Source: Myxococcota bacterium
GTDB taxonomy: Bacteria > Myxococcota > Myxococcia > Myxococcales > Myxococcaceae
Direction of reading: 5' to 3'
DNA length: 33,086 nucleotides
Assembly: GCA_049322255.1 (NCBI GenBank)
Contig: JBMORE010000026.1
Span: 1 to 33,086, forward strand
Shown piece by piece: positions 29,099 to 33,086 of the stretch. Each line of letters starts with the position of its first letter. Positions within the stretch are counted from its first letter, which is position 1. The notes below the pieces were generated by a model. It searched no databases and was not told where the DNA came from. It was given only the letters and a program-made list of their open reading frames with translations. The position numbers and the translations under genes were made by a program.

Positions 29099-30509
29099 GC
29101 AGGCGGGCGGCAGCGAGGAGAGCGAAGAGCAGCCAGGGGGCTCCGCCCTCGCTGCGGCAGCCGCAACCTGTCTCCACCGGGCCGGGCGCAGGGGGCTCGT
29201 CGGGGTGCTGCGGTGGCAGCAGGCCACTGTCAGAGCCGGGATCTACCTCGCGCGAGCCGCTGTCGGCACCTGCATCGAGGACTCCAGCGTCAGAAAAGCC
29301 ACTCCCCGCATCTGGACAACCGCTGGCTGGTCCCGATGAGACGCACGGTCCGTAACCACCACTCGAAAGGCATTGGCGTACGCCCGCGGCACAACCCTCG
29401 GCCACGCAGGAGACGGTTGCTCCAGGTAGGCAGGGCTCGTAGCGGTACAGATAGACGTTTGGGTCGCTCAGGCCAGTACCCCAGGCGACGCCCAAGTTGT
29501 TCACGCTGTCGTAGGCGAAGCCATGCTGCTTTCGAGCGGGAGGTGGATTCTGCGCGTCCAAATACGCCCAGCTTCCAGCGACAGGGTCGAAGGCCCACAG
29601 CTCGTTGCTCAGGCCACCCGAGACACCACCGCCGAACATCAATACCCGCCCAGCCTTCGAATCATATGCAAGGCGATGGTACAGGCGCCGGCTCGGGGCT
29701 GGGCCTAGGTGCTGCGTCCAGCTGGACGTACGAACATCGAAGCTCCACGTTTCAATAGGGCGTGCGGTTCCACTGCTCACCCCGCCGTTGACCTCTCCGA
29801 AGAAGACCAGCTTGTCGCCGGCCATGACCACCGGAATGTCCAAGTCATCGGTGTGGAGGTTGGGTCGCGGGCCAACGAAGGCAACGCGGGACCAGAGCTT
29901 GGTCGTGGGGCTCCACGCCCAGAGTCCTGTCGCGTACGAGGAGTCGAGGGAAAGCAGAAGCAGGCGATCGTTGGTCGCATCGAACGCCACGTACCGCTGC
30001 GCGTCGCCGCTGCTGGCAATCTGCGCCGGGCTGACGTCGTAGCGGGTGAACTGCCGGGCCACGGGCTCGTAGACGAATACTCCGCCCATCGGGTGTCCCT
30101 CCGGCGGTCTGCTGGAGACGCCGCCGTAGACGTAGAAGACACCGCGCCCCGAATCGTAGGCCACCCCTGGCTGACACCGGCCGGCCGGAGTCTGCGGGTC
30201 GTCGTCCCGGACCTCGACGGTCCAGCGGTTCTCCTTGACCGAATAGGCGAGCACCGTTCGGCGGTAGCTGTCTCCGGTCGAGCCGAAAGTGTTGGCGAAG
30301 GCGTCGGACCAGTAGATGTCGCCAAAGAAGTTGAAGATGCGCTCCGACCGCGGATCGAACGCGAAGTGCACATCGCCGCCGGAACCAGGGTTGAGGGCCG
30401 AAGGAGGCGCTACCCGGACCCAGGTGTTGGGAGGAATGGCCTGCTGCGCCTGGGCGGGTAGGGTGGGCAGCGCCATCGCCAAGAGGAGGGCCCAGAACGA
30501 GAAACGCAT
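29064..30509 (-). CDS. Kelch-repeat protein with MYXO-CTERM sorting signal
   Basis: Signal peptide AQA; Kelch blades (AYDSGRGVFYVYGG, LAYDSKAGRVLMFGG); DAG-rich linker; GCGC + TM helix + Arg tail. Confidence 0.85.
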   Translation of the reverse strand: MRFSFWALLLAMALPTLPAQAQQAIPPNTWVRVAPPSALNPGSGGDVHFAFDPRSERIFNFFGDIYWSDAFANTFGSTGDSYRRTVLAYSVKENRWTVEVRDDDPQTPAGRCQPGVAYDSGRGVFYVYGGVSSRPPEGHPMGGVFVYEPVARQFTRYDVSPAQIASSGDAQRYVAFDATNDRLLLLSLDSSYATGLWAWSPTTKLWSRVAFVGPRPNLHTDDLDIPVVMAGDKLVFFGEVNGGVSSGTARPIETWSFDVRTSSWTQHLGPAPSRRLYHRLAYDSKAGRVLMFGGGVSGGLSNELWAFDPVAGSWAYLDAQNPPPARKQHGFAYDSVNNLGVAWGTGLSDPNVYLYRYEPCLPGATVSCVAEGCAAGVRQCLSSGGYGPCVSSGPASGCPDAGSGFSDAGVLDAGADSGSREVDPGSDSGLLPPQHPDEPPAPGPVETGCGCRSEGGAPWLLFALLAAARLLTARSSRSAPE

Positions 30510-30640
30510 GGTTCGCACGGCTGCAAGCGTTGTGCGCCCTTTCGCCGCCGTCGAAGCCTTCGATTTTCGTCAGACCGCAGTCGGTCATCGTCGCAGGCGC
30601 TCCAGAAGAGTGTGGGCGCGCCCCCACACCACCCAAAAAT

Positions 30641-31711
30641 TCAGAAGCGCATTCCCACACTGACCGCGTGGCAGCGGGTATCGGCAGACGGTGGTGGAGG
30701 TGTGTAGACCTGGTCTCCGGCTTGGATTTTCAAAATCCGAAACCGAGACTCCTCGGCAGACGTCGACTCGCATGTCGTGGGAAGCCCACGCACGGTGAGC
30801 TCGGCGCTCGAGGAGTCATCACGGTAGAAGACCGAATGCAATTCCAGGCCTTTGACGAGCGAACGCCAGACGTGGGCGGGAAAGAGGGGAGCCTGCGACG
30901 GGACGTAGTCCCACAGCGCCTTGACCAAAGCCGGTCGGGCTGCCTGGAAGTAGGTGATTTTTCCCGTGGCGACGTCGAGCGCGAGGCGCTCGGGGAATTG
31001 CTTCCGGGAAATCTCTAGACGCGGCCAGCGAAACTGGACGGGTTCATTGGGTCCGGCGCGAAGGAACCGGGTGACGTGTGGCGCAGTGAAGAGTCGACGC
31101 ACGGTACGCGGCAAGTCGAGTAGAGCTTGGACGGGCGAGCCGTCGGAGAGAGAGCAGGTTCCAGGCACGGCGGGAAGGGCCGGGGAGGGAGGCCTGGGTG
31201 GCCGGACATCCCTGTCGGACGGCCCCGGTACCTCCAGCTTTCGCCACGGCGCAAAGGAAATTCCCGTGCGGCTGTCGAAAATCTCGACGGTACGGCCAGT
31301 AGCCTTGAGTACATCACTAAGGCGCGGGAACGGGCGAGCTGGACCTACTAAACCCAACGGAGCCGTCTGCAGTCGGCGTGGGTCAATGGCGGGCGCGTAG
31401 TCAGGGGGAAAGCAGGTGAGGTCGAGCGCTCCAGTTCGAGCTCCCTGAGCGGCCAAATGAGCGGGCAGGTCGTACTCCACCGTTACTTCCATCATTCCGG
31501 ACGCCCGGTTGCGCTCCTGACAGGCCTCGATGATGCGGGGCGCTTTCCAGCCGGCAGCTCGAAGGGACTTGCCCAGCTCGGACGCTTCGACAAGAGACTG
31601 CACAGGAGCGAAAAGCCGGTGCGGTTCGCACCAACGGGTGGCGTCAGTCGCGTGCGCCTGGCGGGACAGCAGCCCGAGGACGACGAAAAGAACTCTTCGG
31701 CAAACCAGCAT
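30641..31711 (-). CDS. Secreted hypothetical protein (356 aa)
   Basis: Signal peptide ending AHA; several Cys; weaker GC3 bias than the core genes. Confidence 0.6.
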   Translation of the reverse strand: MLVCRRVLFVVLGLLSRQAHATDATRWCEPHRLFAPVQSLVEASELGKSLRAAGWKAPRIIEACQERNRASGMMEVTVEYDLPAHLAAQGARTGALDLTCFPPDYAPAIDPRRLQTAPLGLVGPARPFPRLSDVLKATGRTVEIFDSRTGISFAPWRKLEVPGPSDRDVRPPRPPSPALPAVPGTCSLSDGSPVQALLDLPRTVRRLFTAPHVTRFLRAGPNEPVQFRWPRLEISRKQFPERLALDVATGKITYFQAARPALVKALWDYVPSQAPLFPAHVWRSLVKGLELHSVFYRDDSSSAELTVRGLPTTCESTSAEESRFRILKIQAGDQVYTPPPPSADTRCHAVSVGMRF

Positions 31712-31992
31712 GGATGACTATCGTAGAACGCGTCCGGTAATTCGGCGACCTCCGAGAGCGTGACGGGCGTGGAGTTGGAGAGTCGGAGGCCCGTGCCGCC
31801 CCCAAGAACCGGGCGACCTGGTGGAGAAGGGGAAGAGCGACCGTTTGCTCTAGACGCGTTATCATTGGGCAAAAATACGGGCATAAATACATATGGAACG
31901 CGCATCAAAAACAAACGACCAGCAATGGAAGCCCGAGGACGGGCCCCCAAGTTGGATAGCCAGTCGCCGTCAGGTGGCTCTGGAAGTCACAC

Positions 31993-32383
31993 ATGGCCAA
32001 ACGCAACAGCGGCGGCAGCCGCCAGCGGGAGCTCATTCCGTATTCGAAGCGACCGACCATCCCGCTCGACGAGAACCACCGGCTGCTGCTACGGGCGACG
32101 CGGAGGATGGCGTACCGCGAGGCGAAGGACTTCATCCGGTACTACGCGCCGGCCCGGTACCTATGCGGGTTGACGGAGACGGATTGGTCGCCGGACTACA
32201 ACACCCTCTGCGACTTCGAGACGCTGCTCGGCGAGGACGGGGTGCGGCAGGTCAACGAGTACGCGGTGAAGTGGGCGGTGGCCGAGAAGTTGGCGGACCC
32301 GAGTGTGGCGGTGGGGGACACGACAGCGCAGGAGGCGAACGAGATGGGACACCTGGCCGCCTTCATGGCGTCGGTGGCGACGG
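31993..32383 (+). pseudogene. Truncated IS5/IS4-clan DDE transposase fragment
   Basis: ENHRL, RYYAPARYLCGL...PDYNTLCDF and the first catalytic Asp in GDTTAQEA. The sequence then switches to unrelated DNA. Confidence 0.65.
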
Positions 32384-32657
32384 CCTGCCTTACGGAACGC
32401 CGCTGTCGGGCGCTCCCTGGCACGCGCGGCACGGAATCTTGCTGCGTTATGAGACCAGCAAAGCGTTTACCGATCCCGCTGCGTGGCAGTGGTGCTCACC
32501 AGCCTCCACCCCGGCGCGATTGGCTACACCGGAGCCATCGTCGCTGGAGACAACTTGGTGCTCGTCCCTTGGCGAGACATGGGAGAGACGGTGCAGAGCG
32601 AGCAGAGCGTGAGCCTGGCGGCGGTGTTCGACACCCGAGCGGCGCTGACGGACGCGA
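32384..32657 (+). repeat. Partial, internally deleted copy of gene 27560-29098
   Basis: 32384-32493 matches 28342-28451 and 32494-32657 matches 28621-28784, with two substitutions in total. Confidence 0.92.
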
Positions 32658-32914
32658 ACAACCCGGACTCTCACCGGCTCACGTCGATAGACGATGCGAA
32701 AGGGGGGATGAATAAGCTCGCGGAGGAACTCCTGGCCAAACTCCGGCACGATGCGCCCGATGTCCGGATGCGAGGAGAGACCTTCAATTCGTCGAAAAAT
32801 TTCGGCCACGAGCCTTTCTCCCACCTCGGGCACACCCTCCTCCCCGTACCAACGGCGTAGCTCTTCGAGATCCCGGAGGGCTGACTCGGCCAGACTGACG
32901 CGGATCCGAGGCAT
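32447..32914 (-). CDS. RelE/ParE-family toxin with native C-terminus replaced by foreign sequence
   Basis: LAESALRDLEEL...HPDIGRIVPE...RELIHPPFRIVYR...RVVRV, after which the frame reads through the duplicated segment. Confidence 0.8.
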   Translation of the reverse strand: MPRIRVSLAESALRDLEELRRWYGEEGVPEVGERLVAEIFRRIEGLSSHPDIGRIVPEFGQEFLRELIHPPFRIVYRREPVRVRVVRVRQRRSGVEHRRQAHALLALHRLSHVSPRDEHQVVSSDDGSGVANRAGVEAGEHHCHAAGSVNALLVS

Positions 32915-32917
32915 GCG

Positions 32918-33086
32918 CTACTTGAGGCCGAGCTTGAGCCTGGCTTCGGTCAAGGACACCTCCCGCTTGGCCTCGAGATCGGAGAGGCCTTCCACCACTG
33001 CTCGCATGAACGCTCGCTCTTCTTCGGCGCGTTCATAGTCGGCTACCGACTGGACCACGGCCACTCCCCGCCCCCTGCTGGTAAGC
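32918..33086 (-). CDS. Phd/YefM antitoxin (5' end outside the window)
   Basis: LTSRGRGVAVVQSVADYE...RAFMRAVVEGLSDLE...LGLK*; stop 3 nt before the toxin ATG. Confidence 0.85.
   Translation of the reverse strand, partial: LTSRGRGVAVVQSVADYERAEEERAFMRAVVEGLSDLEAKREVSLTEARLKLGLK

Noticed and set aside
28342..32657. Repeat pair as a diversity-generating retroelement TR/VR
   Set aside because: Only two mismatches, one of them not at an adenine, an internal deletion, and no reverse transcriptase in the window.
31993..32715. 240-aa ORF as an intact transposase
   Set aside because: The part after 32383 is out-of-frame propeller-gene DNA and antisense relE; the DDE triad is incomplete.

Overview
GC-rich bacterial chromosome segment, very probably Myxococcota (CglB, a MYXO-CTERM protein, a non-proteolytic archaemetzincin), from a short-read scaffold with one 100-N gap. 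The core backbone is dnaN ... recF ... gyrB - tRNA-Gln(TTG), with no dnaA or gyrA in the window. Seven toxin-antitoxin or nucleotidyltransferase (NTase) modules are scattered through it: two VapBC, one Phd-RelE, one DUF6922/AbiEii pair and three other NTase loci. Three of the seven are visibly damaged. Other content: an amidohydrolase, a SAM methyltransferase, secreted lipoproteins, cglB, thioredoxin, a coupled VKOR-DsbA / Cys-rich OmpA-like / TlpA operon and an ammonium transporter. An accessory block at 26-33 kb holds a GH39-like lipoprotein, a 7-repeat beta-propeller lipoprotein and a Kelch MYXO-CTERM protein. It ends in a scrambled junction of a transposase fragment, a partial copy of the propeller gene and a 3'-truncated RelE toxin. 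Non-coding signals: a candidate Myxococcus-type LexA box upstream of gyrB, many apparently leaderless promoters including a symmetric divergent pair, and three BoxC-like hairpin/G4 repeats at gene 3' ends. All family assignments come from motif recognition by eye; no searches were run.
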